Of a DNA stretch of 64,000 bases, positions 1 to 13,557 are shown piece by piece. The stretch's first letter is position 1. Every line of letters begins with the position of its first letter. The position numbers were made by a program, and so were the translations under genes. The DNA comes from Octopus vulgaris (Eukaryota): the NCBI GenBank assembly GCA_951406725.2, contig OX597817.1, positions 163,246,001 to 163,310,000 on the forward strand. Reading direction: 5' to 3'. The notes beneath the pieces are model-generated. The model was not told the DNA's origin. It saw only the letters and a program-made list of their open reading frames with translations, and made no database searches.

Positions 1-130
1 TATTTATCAACCTCGAAAGGATGAAAGGCAAAGTCGACATCAGCGGAATTTGAACGCAGAACGTAAAGACAGGCGAAATACTGCTAAGCATTTTGCCCAG
101 CGTGTTCACGATTCTGCCAGATCGCCGCCT
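1..130 (-). mobile_element. SINE family A (tRNA-derived head, Meta-domain-like body), partial
   Basis: Reverse complement of GGCGGCGAnCTGGCAGAA...GTTCAAATTCCGC...GCCTTTCATCCTTTCG. Confidence 0.85.
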
Positions 131-363
131 TAACTACTCTGATGTTGGTGGTGATGGTGGTAGCAGTGGCGGAGAGTTGTTGTCCGATGTGCGGTTCTAT
201 GTAAGGATTCGTGGGAGGCCGCCGATACGGTCGTGGAGGATAGTAGATCCTAGCAGCAGTCATTTTTCGCGATCGCATCGGGAGAATTATTAGTATAAAA
301 CGTCTCTGTAACTATTGCTGTAGTTTATGTTTTGTAAAAAAGAAACATTTAAATGGGCATCAT

Positions 364-367
<4 letters not shown>

Positions 368-412
<45 letters not shown>

Positions 413-478
413 GCATAATTGCTCACACACATACGCACACGTACATATATGTATACATACATACATATATATATATAT

Positions 479-522
<44 letters not shown>

Positions 523-690
523 GAGAGAGGGAGAGAGAGAGAAAGAGAGAGAGAATTGAGAGGGAGAGAGAGAGAAAGAGAGAGAGAATTGGAGAGAGGG
601 AGAGAGAGAGAATTGGAGAGAGAGAGAGATAGAGAGAGAGAATTGGAGAGAGGGAGAGAGAGAGAGAGATACAAACACACACACATCATG
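368..690. repeat. (TA)n and (GA)n compound microsatellite
   Basis: Direct inspection. Confidence 0.95.
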
Positions 691-1321
691 CTCATATATC
701 AATATCAATGAGGTTATTTTGACAATAAATAAAATACGTTCGTATATTTTGAAGACATATCATGACTACTGGCTCCTCTCTTTAATAGTTTCTTTGAAAC
801 ATCTCTTAGAAACGGTTGTAATCATTGGCCAGTAATGGAAGATAAGAAGCAATGTGTGAGCAATAACGGCAACAAATGTAGATAGTAATGGGAAAACTCA
901 ACAGGAAATATAAAAAGTAGCTCAGGCCCTAAAATCTAAAGGATTGCCGTTTCTATCAATTTGCAACGCCATTAAATAAATGTTTAGTCTAGGCAGAAGC
1001 TGACTTCCATAAATAGGTTGTGATGATGTTGATGAGAGTAGTGATAAGGAGAAGAGGAAATAAAACTGATGATAACAAAATGACAACCTTCAGAGATACT
1101 ATCATAAAATTCTTTGAAAATAGTAAATATTGTGTGATGTTTTGATTTTATTTGATTATATTGGCAGAAATATTCCGTAGAAATGCTCCCAAATTGCAAC
1201 GGACTCAATTTACAGAAAGCATTATTAAATAGAGAATTCAAAGTAGATAATAATAAACTCATTCAGGTTTGGTGGAAAGCCATAAATGGACTAAATTCGT
1301 AACAGTAATACATTTAACGAA

Positions 1322-1915
1322 GGCGGTGAGCTGGCAGAAACGTTAGCACGCCGGACAAAATGCTTTGCGGTATTTCGTCTGCCGCTACGTTCTGAGTTCA
1401 AATTCCGCCGAGGTCGATTTTGCCTTTCATCCTTTCGGGGTCGGTAAATTAAGTACCAGTTAGGCACTGGGGTTGATGTAATCGACTTAATCCGTTTGTC
1501 TGTCCTTGTTTGTCCTCTCTGTGTTTAGCCCCTTGTGGGTAGTAAAGAAATAGGTATTTCGTCAGCCGCTACGTTCTGAGTTCAAACTCCGCCGAGGTCG
1601 ATTTTGCCTTTCATCCTTTCGGGGTCGGTAAATTAAGTACCAGTTACGCACTGAGGTTGATATAATCGACTTCATCCGTTTGCCTGTGCTTGTTTGTCTG
1701 CTCTGTGTTTAACGAACTTGTGGGTAGTAAAGATTGGTATTTCTTCTGTCTTTACGTTCTGAGTTCAAATTCCGCCGAAGTCAACTTTGCCTTACATCCT
1801 TTGCGGGGCAGGGGGTTAATAGATTAAGTACCAGTTGTGTACTGTGGTCGATCTAATCGACTGCCATCCCCCACCAAAAAAAAAGCGACTTCGGGCCTTG
1901 TGCATAGAGTAGAGA
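1322..1915 (+). mobile_element. SINE family A with three tandem bodies
   Basis: One head (A box GCTGGCAGAAACG) then about 184-bp units starting at 1370, 1554 and 1737, each with B box GAGTTCAAA(T/C)TCC and GCCTT(T/A)CATCCTTT. Confidence 0.9.
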
Positions 1916-2466
1916 AGTATTGTGTTTAACGACTCTCGTTCTTAGTTCAAATCTCGTCGGTGTCAGGTTTGCCTTTTATCATTCTAAAGGTGATAGACTA
2001 ATCGCCCCCACTTGATCATATTTTACTTTGTTTCTTACAAAACAAATCACTATTGATCTCTTCAAATCTACTGATGTAAATGACACTGAACTCATAGGCA
2101 TAATTACAGATAATTATCGCTTGATACAAAAATGAAACCATAAATCAAGAGGTATGACAGGTGAATATATATTCATTTAACCACATGATTTCCGTGGTAT
2201 TACAGCTGTTTCGCAACATTTTTCGTGAAAGTATTAATTTCAGTATGGAAGAAATTATGCGTAGATGATTCACCTCGCATACCTCCTGAACTTATAATTT
2301 TATATGCTTCTCATGAAATACTTTCACAAATCGAATCTTGATTTTTTAGATACATAGACACTCTACATTACACTTCTTCGTAATTGATTACTATATGCGG
2401 CTGATAGCCGAGTTCGTAAAAGGAGCTTTCTGTAATAGCAGCACCATTCTCTGAATCCGCATATTC

Positions 2467-2562
<96 letters not shown>

Positions 2563-2686
2563 TTCTCTTAATTCATGCTAGAAATTCATTTAATGATAAT
2601 GTCTATAAATATATTATATGCTTGGAATATATAAAAGCTTTTATTTTTGCTTGAAACCGATATTGTACTGTATAATATTCATGGAA

Positions 2687-2772
<86 letters not shown>

Positions 2773-2804
2773 ATATCTATCTATCTATCTATCTACCTAC
2801 CTAC

Positions 2805-2855
<51 letters not shown>

Positions 2856-3458
2856 CCTACCAACCTACCTATCTATCTATCTATCTATTATATATCTCTG
2901 TCTGACTGAGGGATTGTCTATATAGTCATAAGAGATGACATGGGAATAAATATTTCATTAGCTTCATTTTAAAATATAAATTAATTTCAATGAAAGGAAT
3001 TGCATTATATATATAATGATTCCAAGCATGAATATCAGATGGGCACAAATGCTAACATCAACAATGTTTCCATAAATGTAAGCATAAATGCGAACATAAA
3101 CGGTGTTAACATATACGATGACAGACTAAACCGAGAATCCAACTTCCATTATAGTATAGAACTGACATTATTTGTTAAATTTACAAAAATATAAATTCTA
3201 CTCTAAGAACTTTACACTTGATTTCTAATAAAATATCACTTAACATTTATGAGGAAATTAATGTTTCTTGTACAAAAATTGGACAGAAAATTTTAGTTGC
3301 ATTCTAAAAATATAAAATGTTTCGTAATTTAACACGCCAAGGCTTATGTATTGGATCTAGTATTAATAAGAGAAAGCGTTTGGGTGCCAATAATTTTCGC
3401 ATCCACACACACACAAACACACTCATACATATTCATATATACACATTATACAAACATA

Positions 3459-3491
<33 letters not shown>

Positions 3492-3604
3492 TACACACAC
3501 ATATATATATATATATGATACATATATTTATATATGCATATACATGTACATATACATATGCATATGTATGTATATATTTTGTACATATATATGTATGTAT
3601 ATAT

Positions 3605-3647
<43 letters not shown>

Positions 3648-3703
3648 GCATATATATATTATATAAGCATATATTATATATACATATATTTATAAATATA
3701 TAT

Positions 3704-3763
<60 letters not shown>

Positions 3764-3792
3764 ATATACATATATACAGATATACCTATGTG

Positions 3793-3836
<44 letters not shown>

Positions 3837-3947
3837 TGTGTATATATGAATATGTATGAATGTCTTTGTGTATGCATGACTATGAAAATTATTGGCAGCA
3901 AAGCATTTTCTCTTATTGATATTGGATCTAATATTTTATCGCCCGAA

Positions 3948-4180
3948 GGCGGCGAGCTGGTAGAAACGTTAGCACGCCTGGCAAAATACATATGGTATTT
4001 CTTCTGCCACTATACTCTGAGTTCAATTTCCGCTGAGGTTGGCTTTGTTTTTCATCCTTTCGGGGTCGATTAAATAAATACCAGGTACGCACTTAGGTTG
4101 ATGTAATTGATTGAATCCCTTTGTCTGTCCTTATTTGTCCCCTCCGTGTTTAGCTCCTTGTGGGCAATAAAGAAAGAAAT
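3948..4180 (+). mobile_element. SINE family A
   Basis: GGCGGCGAGCTGG head to AAAGAAAT tail. Confidence 0.85.
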
Positions 4181-4416
4181 ATTTTATCGCCTGAGAGTGC
4201 TGAATTACGAAGCATTGATAATGACTTCGAGGTTTCGGCCTACTAAACCATCATCGGACAGTTCGATGATGGCATCTCGTCCATCTTTACGCCCTGAGTA
4301 AAATAGTAAAATAGTAAGACAACAAAAGAATGAAAGAGACCTCGATATTATGTAAATAGAGGAATTTATCTGTAAAAGTAATATGTGACAATATGTGACA
4401 TTTTTCCCGATGGCCA

Positions 4417-4477
4417 GATAACTGAAGAGATGGCGGCCTGGATTTCCACTTCGGCATCCGAAACTCGGAGTTTTATC
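4417..4477 (+). ncRNA. Type I hammerhead ribozyme motif (GUU site)
   Basis: Stem I GATAA/TTATC; CTGAAGA 4422-28; stem II GATG/CATC with one extra C before GAAA (4460-63); stem III ACTC-G-GAGT; H17=T4472. Confidence 0.65.
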
Positions 4478-4507
4478 ATGGCTACCGAATAATTGTCACA
4501 TATTACT

Positions 4508-4575
<68 letters not shown>

Positions 4576-4587
4576 CAAACAGGGGTA

Positions 4588-4675
<88 letters not shown>

Positions 4676-6509
4676 CATCTATCCATCTATCTGTGCACAC
4701 ATATACGTTCTTATATTTCCACTCTAAAGGGATACAAAATATATATATTATGCAATTTTAATTCAAATCTAAGTTATCTAATATTGCCTATACTACAATA
4801 AACAACTCTTAACTAATTATCTCCTTCTCGTGGTGTAATGATAATATTAATTATTTATGCAAACATGAATTACCCGTATAAAACCAAAGGATTTCATTAA
4901 TGAGTCGATGGTCTACCACAAGGCTCATTGTTTGATGTAACTACCTTCTTAGTTATTAATTAAAAACCAACAACAACTCCAAACTAATATTCATGTTTTC
5001 TCCATCACAGAAATGTAAGCATATCTCATTGCTGTATGCAGAAGGAATACAGATATGATTGATCTGGGTTTTAATTAGGCTGCAATAATGAAATTAATCA
5101 TTGATGGCTTGGAATCAGGCACTGAGAAATCATTTCAGTGTATTTCTTCTAAAGGTCGTAGATTAGGCATGTTTATTGTAGGTCGAATCTCTCCTGATAT
5201 CCTCGTCAGTTTAAATACATGGAATAATTTATCCTCCATCTTTGACTTGTTTCTGTCATCGGACTCCGGTCATTCTGGGGCACTGTCGAACAAATCGATC
5301 GCAGTACATAGTTTCAAAGTCTGCTACTTGTTCAGTCGGACACTTTTACCGCATCACTAAGACATGAGAACGTAAACAAACCTACACTTGGTGTCAAGCA
5401 AAGGCGGGAGACAAGCACAAACACAAAGATACACACCCACACATATTCACACAAAGACACACACATGCACACACACATGTACTTACGATGGGCTTCCACG
5501 TAGTTTCCGTCTACAAAGTGGGATTGTACCCAAAACCATGTAGTTGCAGAGCAAGCTTCTTAACCACATAGCAATGTCTGCGCTTTTATATAAAAAAGGA
5601 AAAATTAGAAATTTTGCTATACACAACCCAGTCTATTACTGTATCAGAATTACGTCTTATTTCGCTATTTCCAGAATATTTCGCATAAAATAAAGCAAAG
5701 CTTGTGTACATACGTATATATGTTTGTGGTTTTGTACATATGTATGTGCGTATCTCTGTGTGTTTATAAAGCACGCACATGTCACAACAACACCGCACAA
5801 TTATTGATTAATACCGAATCCACTAAATGTCAATACATGTCTCCACGACGAACAATACCTAGCATGTAGAAAGCGAAGGTATCAAGGGACAGAAGTTGGT
5901 TGAAATTATCGAACTAAAAGCTAAGCCAGCTTCCTCATTCGAGACAGTTTGACTGAGAGCTGATCTGCTGGAAAATTTCTGTCACAAGGAATATTAAATA
6001 AAGTTTTGGAATACAAAAGCGATTGTATTAATCTTCGTGGTATTTTGTTATTATTTGCCATCATGAAAAAAGTAGTGATCAGGTAGAATTAGAATTGCTA
6101 GTACGCTGGAAAAGGTGCTTTGTAGCTTTTCTTCTGGGTTTACGTTCTGAGTTCAAATGACGGTGAGGTCGGGTTTGCCTTTCATCCTTTCGGTATCGAT
6201 AGAATAAAGTAGTGGGAAGCCCCTACCTTCCAAAATTGCTGGCCTTGTGTCTAAACTGGAAACAATTATTTCTCTTCTGATTAATCTGATTGTGCAAATC
6301 CATAATAGAAGACATTCCAGGCTTGAGCATCCAGTCGTTTTGTCTGTCTAGGACCTCATTGGCTATTGTGCTCAGATAAAAAAAAAAAAGAATGGATAAA
6401 GTGGAGCACTAGTCAAGTAGTCACCAACCACTGGCCATTACTGTCTTGAGTCCTAGGACTCACAGGGCTGGTTGCCCGGTGTCTGGGGTGCGTGTAGGTG
6501 AGTAGGTTA

Positions 6510-6715
6510 GTGGTGTGGGTGTTGGAGTCGTGATCGTAAGATTGTGGTTTCGATTCCTGGATCAGGCGATGCGTTGTGTTCTTGAGCAAAACACTTCATT
6601 TCACGTTGCTCCAGTCCACTCTGCTGGCAAAAATGAGTAATCTTGCAACGGACCAGCATCCCGTCCAGTGGAAACCGGAAAACCGGCCCTATGAGTCTAA
6701 ATGACCCGAGAAAGA
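6510..6715 (+). mobile_element. tRNA-derived SINE with CORE-like middle (related minus fragments near 6760-6925, 8380-8570, 12960-13050, 41130-41270)
   Basis: B box GTTTCGATTCC then TGTGTTCTTGAGCAAAACACTTCATTTCACGTTGCTCCAGTCCACTC. Confidence 0.65.
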
Positions 6716-6967
6716 TTTTTATCCTTATCCCTATGGCGTATAGTGACAGAGATCGTATAGTGACCGAGATCCCAACACTTCCTCAGTCCATCGCAGGGTT
6801 ACTCATTTACAGCCGAGTGCACTGGAGTAGAGTGAATTGAAGGGTTGTACTCAAGAACATAACGTAGTTCCCGAACTGGGAATGGAAACCATGATTTTGC
6901 GAACAACACCCCTAACCACTAAATCTCTCAAATTTACCCGGTCAAGTAGAGGTGCTTTTATTTAATC

Positions 6968-7150
6968 GAGCTGGCAGAATCGTTAGCAAGCCGGGCAAAA
7001 TACTTTGCGGCATTTCGTCCGCCCTTAAGTTCTGAGTTCAAATTCCGTCGGGGTCGACAGATTAAGTACCAGCTTAACACTGTTGTCGATGTAATCGACT
7101 TACACTTTCCCCAGCAATTGCTGGCCTTGTGCCAAAATTTGAAGCCAATA
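6968..7150 (+). mobile_element. SINE family A (more decayed copies near 6080-6270, 9290-9560, 13065-13170, 58450-58575)
   Basis: GAGCTGGCAGAATCGTTAGC...GAGTTCAAATTCC...GCTGGCCTTGTGCCAAAATTTGAA. Confidence 0.8.
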
Positions 7151-7664
7151 ATAACTCATCACCGCATTAAAAATATAAAAAAAAACTGTCAGGTAGAATC
7201 ATTAGACCGTTGAGAAAAAAAAATGCTCTGATGTATTTGTTTTTGAATTCAAATCACACCAACGTCGTACTATGATGTTTAGGAAACAACATAGATTTAG
7301 AAACAAATTTGTTGTTTTTAAATAAATTGTAAATCTATTCTTGACTTGGAAATATTATAAAACGCTTAAAAGATTCTTCAGAATTATATTACATAGAATT
7401 TGATAACGATTAAAACGTAAACTGAAACAAAACACGACAGGAACAGCATTTGTAGGAAGCAGACGAACGGTAGATGTAAAGTAGTTGGTGTTTTATTTTA
7501 AAATTTTAATATCTCATTTTCTTTTTCTTTGGCACTGGTGGATTAGAATATTAAAATAGTTATTTTAAAATGTTATCTTGGAATTTCAAAATGAAATGCA
7601 CACTTTGTTAAAAGCTTACATGTACGTATTATATATATAAATGTATTCTTTATATATATATATG

Positions 7665-7737
<73 letters not shown>

Positions 7738-7753
7738 CATCTATCTATCTATC

Positions 7754-7833
<80 letters not shown>

Positions 7834-7852
7834 GTATGTATATATATATATT

Positions 7853-8188
7853 CTTGTATTTCTTTCAGTCATATTACCTAGGGCCATGCTGACGAACCGC
7901 CTTTAGTCGAACAAATCGACCCCAAGACTTATACTTTGTAAGCCAAGTATTAATTCTATCGGTTCCTTTTGCCGAACCGTTACGGGGTTACGGGGATGTA
8001 AACGCACCAACATCGGTTATCAAATGATGGTGGGGAGTCACACACACACGCCTACCAAATCCACTGACAAGGCTTTGGTCGGCCCGAGATTATAGTAGAA
8101 GACACTTTCCCAAGGTTTCACGCAGTGAGACTGAACTCGGAACCATGTGGCTGGTAAGCAAGCGACTTACCACAGCTACTCCTGCTCC
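7853..8188 (-). mobile_element. SINE family B
   Basis: Reverse complement of GGAGT(A/G)GCTGTG-GGTAAGT...CCTTGGG.AAGTGTCTTCTACTATA...; decayed relative near 5300-5585. Confidence 0.85.
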
Positions 8189-8194
8189 TATATG

Positions 8195-8241
<47 letters not shown>

Positions 8242-9559
8242 ATGCATACATACACCTCAACGCACTTACATAAACCATAGCCGTTACACACAAGCGAATA
8301 TTACGTGGCAGCATGTACCATGCTTTCGCTAATTATTTCGACGCCTATGTAATCGCGAGCAGTGTTAGACAACCTCTTTTCACTCCCACCGTCCATCCAG
8401 CGAGAATAAGACAGCTGGGTGGAGAGAGAGAGTTGCGCCAGAGCTGTGATGGTACCCAGTATAGCTGTCTATATTGGAGTAGTGGGAAATGAAGTGCCTT
8501 GCTGAAGGACCCTTGCTCTAGGAATCAAACCGACGGCCTTGCGATCGTGAACCTAACACCCTGACCACCAGGCGAATTGGCAGATTCATTAAAGCGTTGG
8601 GCAGAATGCTCTTCGACATTTGTTCTGATTGTCTGTGCATTGAGTTAAAATTCTATCAAAGTCAACTTTGTCTTTTATCTTTTTGGGTTAAAAAAAAAAG
8701 TAGTCCAACGATAGGGATTGTCGGAACTGATACAGCATCGAAAGGCATGTATACAGCATCTGGGCATCTGTTCTGTCTCTGCCCGTTCTGAGTTCAAATT
8801 CCGCCTCCAGTCACCTGAAATGATTCTACTTCTGTTAGGAGCTGATAACATGACGAGGCAAAAGAAAATTTTACACTGTGTTACTTGCCAACAGGATGGT
8901 AAAAATCTGTAGAAGCCAGACCAAACGGTGGATGTAAAGTAGCTGATGTTTTTATTTTATAATTTCAATATCACGTTTTATCTTATTTACTTTTGGCACT
9001 GGTAGTGTAGAACATTAAAATATTTATTTTAAAATGTTAGCTTAGAATTTAAAAACGAAACACGCACTCTGTTAAAAGCTTGCGCCAGAGTATATATTAC
9101 ATATATTGTTCATGTGTATGAAAATGATAAACAATGTATTTCATTTTGAAATACCTAGATAACATTTTGAGATAATCATTTTAATGTTCTTGCCGTCCAA
9201 TGCCAAAAGTTAAGAAGAAAAGTAAAATTTATTTATGAAATGGCAATCAACCAGGGTAAATGGAGAGCGCTTTCATGTGTTAATGTGCCGTCTGTAGATA
9301 TACGGTGAAATCGTTTGTATATTGGATGGATGGCATCAACAAATCCCCTTCCTGAAAAATTGCTGGCTTTGCACCTAAATCGGAAACTATTATTAAAATG
9401 AGCCGAAGCTGGCACAATCCCTAGAACGTTGGAAAAATGTCTGGCATTGTTTCTTTGGAGTCTTTACATTCTGACTTTAATTCCTAGAAAGGTCGACTTT
9501 GCTTTCATCCTTTCAGGGGTCGATAAAATAAGTACCAGTTGAGCATTGGGGTCGGTTTG

Positions 9560-9896
9560 TATAATCGTTCAAAAGGTCCCTGAATAAGGGTTGTTTAAGA
9601 TTGTTGGACGAAACACCCATGTTTCCAGAGGTGAATTATTCAAACCCCAAAGAACACACATAGCTATGATGCTCCCCCACTACTTCTGCTCGTGATAGAG
9701 ATGCACATATCGTCAGCCACTAAGGGACATGGTCAACTGGTTAAGGTCAAACAACTGACAAGCAAATCTGTGGTATTGAGCAGAATATTTGCTGTAGCCC
9801 ATCTTTTATACCAAGACAAAACAATGTACATGATAACACTGCCAATCAGCTAAGATCAGAAGCCATGAGAGCCACTGTCTGGTACTGCATCAGGGA

Positions 9897-9950
<54 letters not shown>
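9560..9950 (+). mobile_element. Probable LINE 3' UTR ending in (ATT)n
   Basis: Higher-complexity block ending abruptly in an (ATT)n tail at 9899-9951. Family is inference. Confidence 0.4.
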
Positions 9951-9951
<1 letters not shown>

Positions 9952-10330
9952 GAGCAAGAGGGCAGCGCATGCCATGAAAGTAACACTGGTAAATATGTAT
10001 GAAGCCCAATATACCCATCATGACTACCTGTCTGATAAGGGTATACCAGAGTCGTTTGTGAGAGCAGTCGTTATATTTCAGATATCCTCATTTTAAAAAT
10101 CATCTCTAGCTAATCGTTGAGAGGACGTTGGTGTTGTCTTGACAGAGGTGTGCGTGTCAGTGTGTAAGTAGTTTATTTCTCTTATTTTGTTATTTTACTG
10201 ACGCAAATGGATAAGCATTTATATGAGCAGACGCGAACACAAAGCTATTCAATATATGCAATATAGCCTATTAATTCATTCATCACACATCCCATACATA
10301 CATACATACATACATACATACATACATACA

Positions 10331-10361
<31 letters not shown>

Positions 10362-10517
10362 CACGAATGTATCGTTTTTATTGTTTATTTTATCTGCAAG
10401 GGAGGAGAAATATCTTGTTAGGAATGCATCGCATAGTCGTAAATGATGTACGACATCAATTAATCTTTACATATTTATTTCATTTATGTTTTTGTTTTTC
10501 TCATATCGACTGTAAGG

Positions 10518-10585
<68 letters not shown>

Positions 10586-10589
<4 letters not shown>

Positions 10590-10761
10590 GGCTTAGTAAA
10601 ATAAATTACTTTGCCGCATACTGAATTTATTTTACTAAGCCCTTTTATTTTACTAAGCCCTTTTATATAATGTAATAATTTGAATTCGCCTTAAATGGTC
10701 CCTTTGCATACTGAATACTTGGTGAAATTGATTAATTAATTAATTTTACCCTCAATTGTTG

Positions 10762-10765
<4 letters not shown>
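10586..10765. mobile_element. Short fold-back element in (TA)n
   Basis: Arms AAAGGGCTTAGTAAAATAAATT 10586-10607 / 10624-10645 (right arm partly duplicated); terminal hairpin GGTGAAATTG...TAATTTTACC 10721-10750; (TA)n both sides. Confidence 0.6.
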
Positions 10766-10805
<40 letters not shown>

Positions 10806-10821
10806 AGGCGATATATATATA

Positions 10822-11150
10822 GGCATAGGAGTGGCTGTGTGGTAAGTAGCTTGCTTACGAACCACATGGTTCCGGGTTCAGTCCCACTGCGTGGCACCTT
10901 GAGCAAGTGTCTTCTACTATAGCCTCGGGCCGACCAACGCCTTGTGAGTGGATTTGGTAGGCGGAAACTGAAAGCTCGTCGTATATATGTATATATATAT
11001 TTGTTTGTGTGTCTGTTTTTGTCCCCCCAAAATCGCTTGACAACCGATGCTGATGTGTTTACGTACCCGTAACTTAACGGCTCGGCAAAAGAGACCGATA
11101 GAATAAGTACTAGGCTTCCAAAGAATAAGTCCTGGGGTCGACAAAAGGCG
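10822..11150 (+). mobile_element. SINE family B
   Basis: GGAGTGGCTGTGTGGTAAG (A box), GGTTCAGTCCC (B box), internal TA/TG microsatellite. Confidence 0.9.
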
Positions 11151-11362
11151 GATGGCCTGGGCTTTAGAGAAGTAGATGAAGGTGGTTTGTACAATGTCAA
11201 TCAATTAACTGTTTGGGAAATGTAGTGCCTTGAGTTCAAATTAAGTTATTAGAGAGTTTCTTAATGGTAATGTAGTTCTTAGCGTAAACCACCTCTGAAA
11301 AACATTCTCGGGCCTTTCATTAATGTTATATATCATCATATTGATAATATTAGTCGTGTCCA

Positions 11363-11760
11363 AGGCGGCAAGTTGGCAGAATCATTTGCAAGTTGGGCAA
11401 AATGCTTAACGGCATTTCGTCCGTCTTCATTCTGAGCTCAAATTTCGCCGAGGTAGACTTTGCCGTTCATGCTTTTGGGGTCGATAAATTAAGTACCAGT
11501 CAGATACTGGGCTCGATGTAATCGCCTGTTACACTCCTCAAAATTACTGGCTTTGTGCCAAAATTCGAAACCTATATTAGTCATGTTCATGGCGGCAAGC
11601 TGGCAAAATGTTTCACGTTCTGAGTTCAAATTCTGCCCAGGTCGACTTTACCTTTCATTCTTCCTGTGTCTATAAAAGACGTGCCAGTTCAGCACTGGGG
11701 TGGATGTAATCGACTTAACATCTCAACCAAAATTTCTGGCCTTGTGCTAAAATTTGATAT
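11363..11760 (+). mobile_element. Two adjacent SINE family A copies
   Basis: Heads at about 11363 and 11590, each ending ...CTTGTGC(C/T)AAAATT.GA; the preceding ATATTAGTC(G/A)TGT(C/T)CA context is also repeated. Confidence 0.8.
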
Positions 11761-11779
11761 CAGTATTAGTAGTTTCCAT

Positions 11780-12200
11780 ACTGTATGGGATGTACTCAGG
11801 GACCTGTGGGGATTATAAATTTGCATCTCTTCGTCATAATCCCTAGCTCAGAATTACCAAGACTCTGTATAAAAGTGAGATTACTTTTGTTCTCCATCAT
11901 CACATTGTTAATACATCCAGCTAAAACTCTTTGTATTTGTTTATTTTTTCAATTTGTATGCAAGATTAATATCTAATTGTATAGTGACTTTTAATATATA
12001 TAGTAGCTACTTATTACTAGAAATTCAAGCACAATATCAAGCGTATTGTCACCGGTAATTCTATCAGTAATCATAATATGCTAGTCATGGTTTATCACAG
12101 GCTTTGGAGCATATTTCTCTCTTTCAGTATTGATTTTTGTTTGTGTCTTTGCGTACTGTGTATCAAAATTATTGCCAACGTGATTATGTCGTGATGCATA
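11780..12200 (-). pseudogene. R4/Dong-like RLE-domain remnant
   Basis: Minus strand RHNHVG...EKYAPKPV...ITDRITGDNTLDIVL (RHN.V / TDR.I..NRPDIV pattern) with stops and frameshifts. Confidence 0.5.
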
Positions 12201-12204
12201 ATCC

Positions 12205-12389
12205 GATTTATTTAATATTGGATATTGAGTTCAGGGCATAAATATAAACTACAAAGCCTAAGTCTCACATTTCTTTAGAACTGAAAAATATTTGTGATTT
12301 ATTTAATATTGGATATTGAGTTCAGGGCATAAATATCGACTACAAAGCCTAAGTTTCACGTTTCTTTAGAACTGAAAAATATTTGTGAT
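12205..12389. repeat. 91-bp tandem duplication
   Basis: GATTTATTTAATATTGGATATTGAGTTCAGGGC at 12205 and 12296. Confidence 0.95.
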
Positions 12390-12569
12390 GGTATGATATA
12401 TTGACAGTTTTTTTTTTCGTACTGCTACAACACTTTCTTTTGTACACCCCTGACACAATTAATACACTTCTACACACGCAATAAATCCCCACGCATGCAT
12501 ATGTTCCAGAGATCTAAAAGACTGTTTATGCAAAAGTTCGCCTATCGATGCTTTTCTTAATAAAAATAA

Positions 12570-12950
12570 TCTCTCTATATATAAAGCTGAAGTTGTCTGA
12601 GTATGGCAGGTTTGGTAGCCTTCAACTAACACTATCTCCTCCGAGACCCTGCGGCGCAAGTTGATCAAAATTGAGATTATGATAGAAGAAGGCTTGCTCT
12701 TCCTTCCGTAGAAAGAAAATTCAAATCAGACCATGTTAACACCAAAAATTATTTACATTAAAAAGGTGGGGTTTTTTTTAATGAAAATCCCTACTTTTTA
12801 CGATTTTTTGACTGCTGTGTCGCCATTTTTCGGTGTATTTCAACCACTTAAAGAGAATAACAAGCTACATAATGCAAAATTTTTACTTTTCAAAAATTTC
12901 AATTCTAAAGGGTCGAAACAAACCCGAGCAACGCCGATCGATACTGCTAG
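12570..12950 (+). mobile_element. Non-autonomous Helitron-like element
   Basis: Starts A|TC, ends subterminal hairpin-like CCCGAGCAACGCCG then CTAG|T; no TSD; 3' end shared with 61950-62320. Confidence 0.7.
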
Positions 12951-13557
12951 TCATTGATATTATTCACTTTGCTTAAGAACACAACGCACCGCCCGATCCG
13001 GGAATTTAAAACTACGATTTCGCAATCACGAATGCCACATCCTAACCACTAGGCCACACGACTTCACTTTCATCCATTCGGGTCGATAAAATAACCTACC
13101 TTCACGCACTGGGGCTGATGTAACTAACTCACTCTTCCCCTCAAAACTGCTGACCTGGTGCCAAAATTAGAAAGCATTTATTATTCACCAGTAGTTTCGT
13201 AGCTGCTGGTATGCCAGCCGAACTGTCTTCCTCTCGATTGTCAAGTTACTGTAATGTCCCAGCTTAAGAATAGAAGAAACGTTTTGCAGATTCTGGTAAT
13301 CTTTGACTAAACACATTAGTACACGTTGAGTAAACAGACAAGAGCTGTTTCTTCAGTGCAATGTCATATTGCATTGCTATTTACTTAAGCGTTCTCTCTC
13401 CTCTTCTGTGATGAATATGGCACTACAACCGGCTGACATTTCCTTCTCGTTGATACATTCCAAAGACAGTGAAAGCTTGCTTCTTTCGCAGAAATGTTAT
13501 TTCTAGTCTACTCGTTTTATCGATTATACACCACCCCTCTTCCTTTTGCAGCTTCGC

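Noticed and set aside
2183-2215. Minus-strand GAAACAGCTGTA (hammerhead 3' half with palindromic stem III)
   Set aside because: No matching CUGANGA-type 5' core found; possibly a relic, not callable.
4218-4262. Minus-strand CCGATGA...GAAACCTCGAAGTC hammerhead-like string
   Set aside because: Core mutated and no stem I pairing.
5088-5139. MKLIIDGLESGTEKSFQ(W) as the missing first USP exon (phase-1 T|GT fits)
   Set aside because: Weak donor (GTATTT), spacing one residue off the USP pattern, and the opposite strand reads like a LINE remnant (NFIIAA). Unresolved without RNA data.
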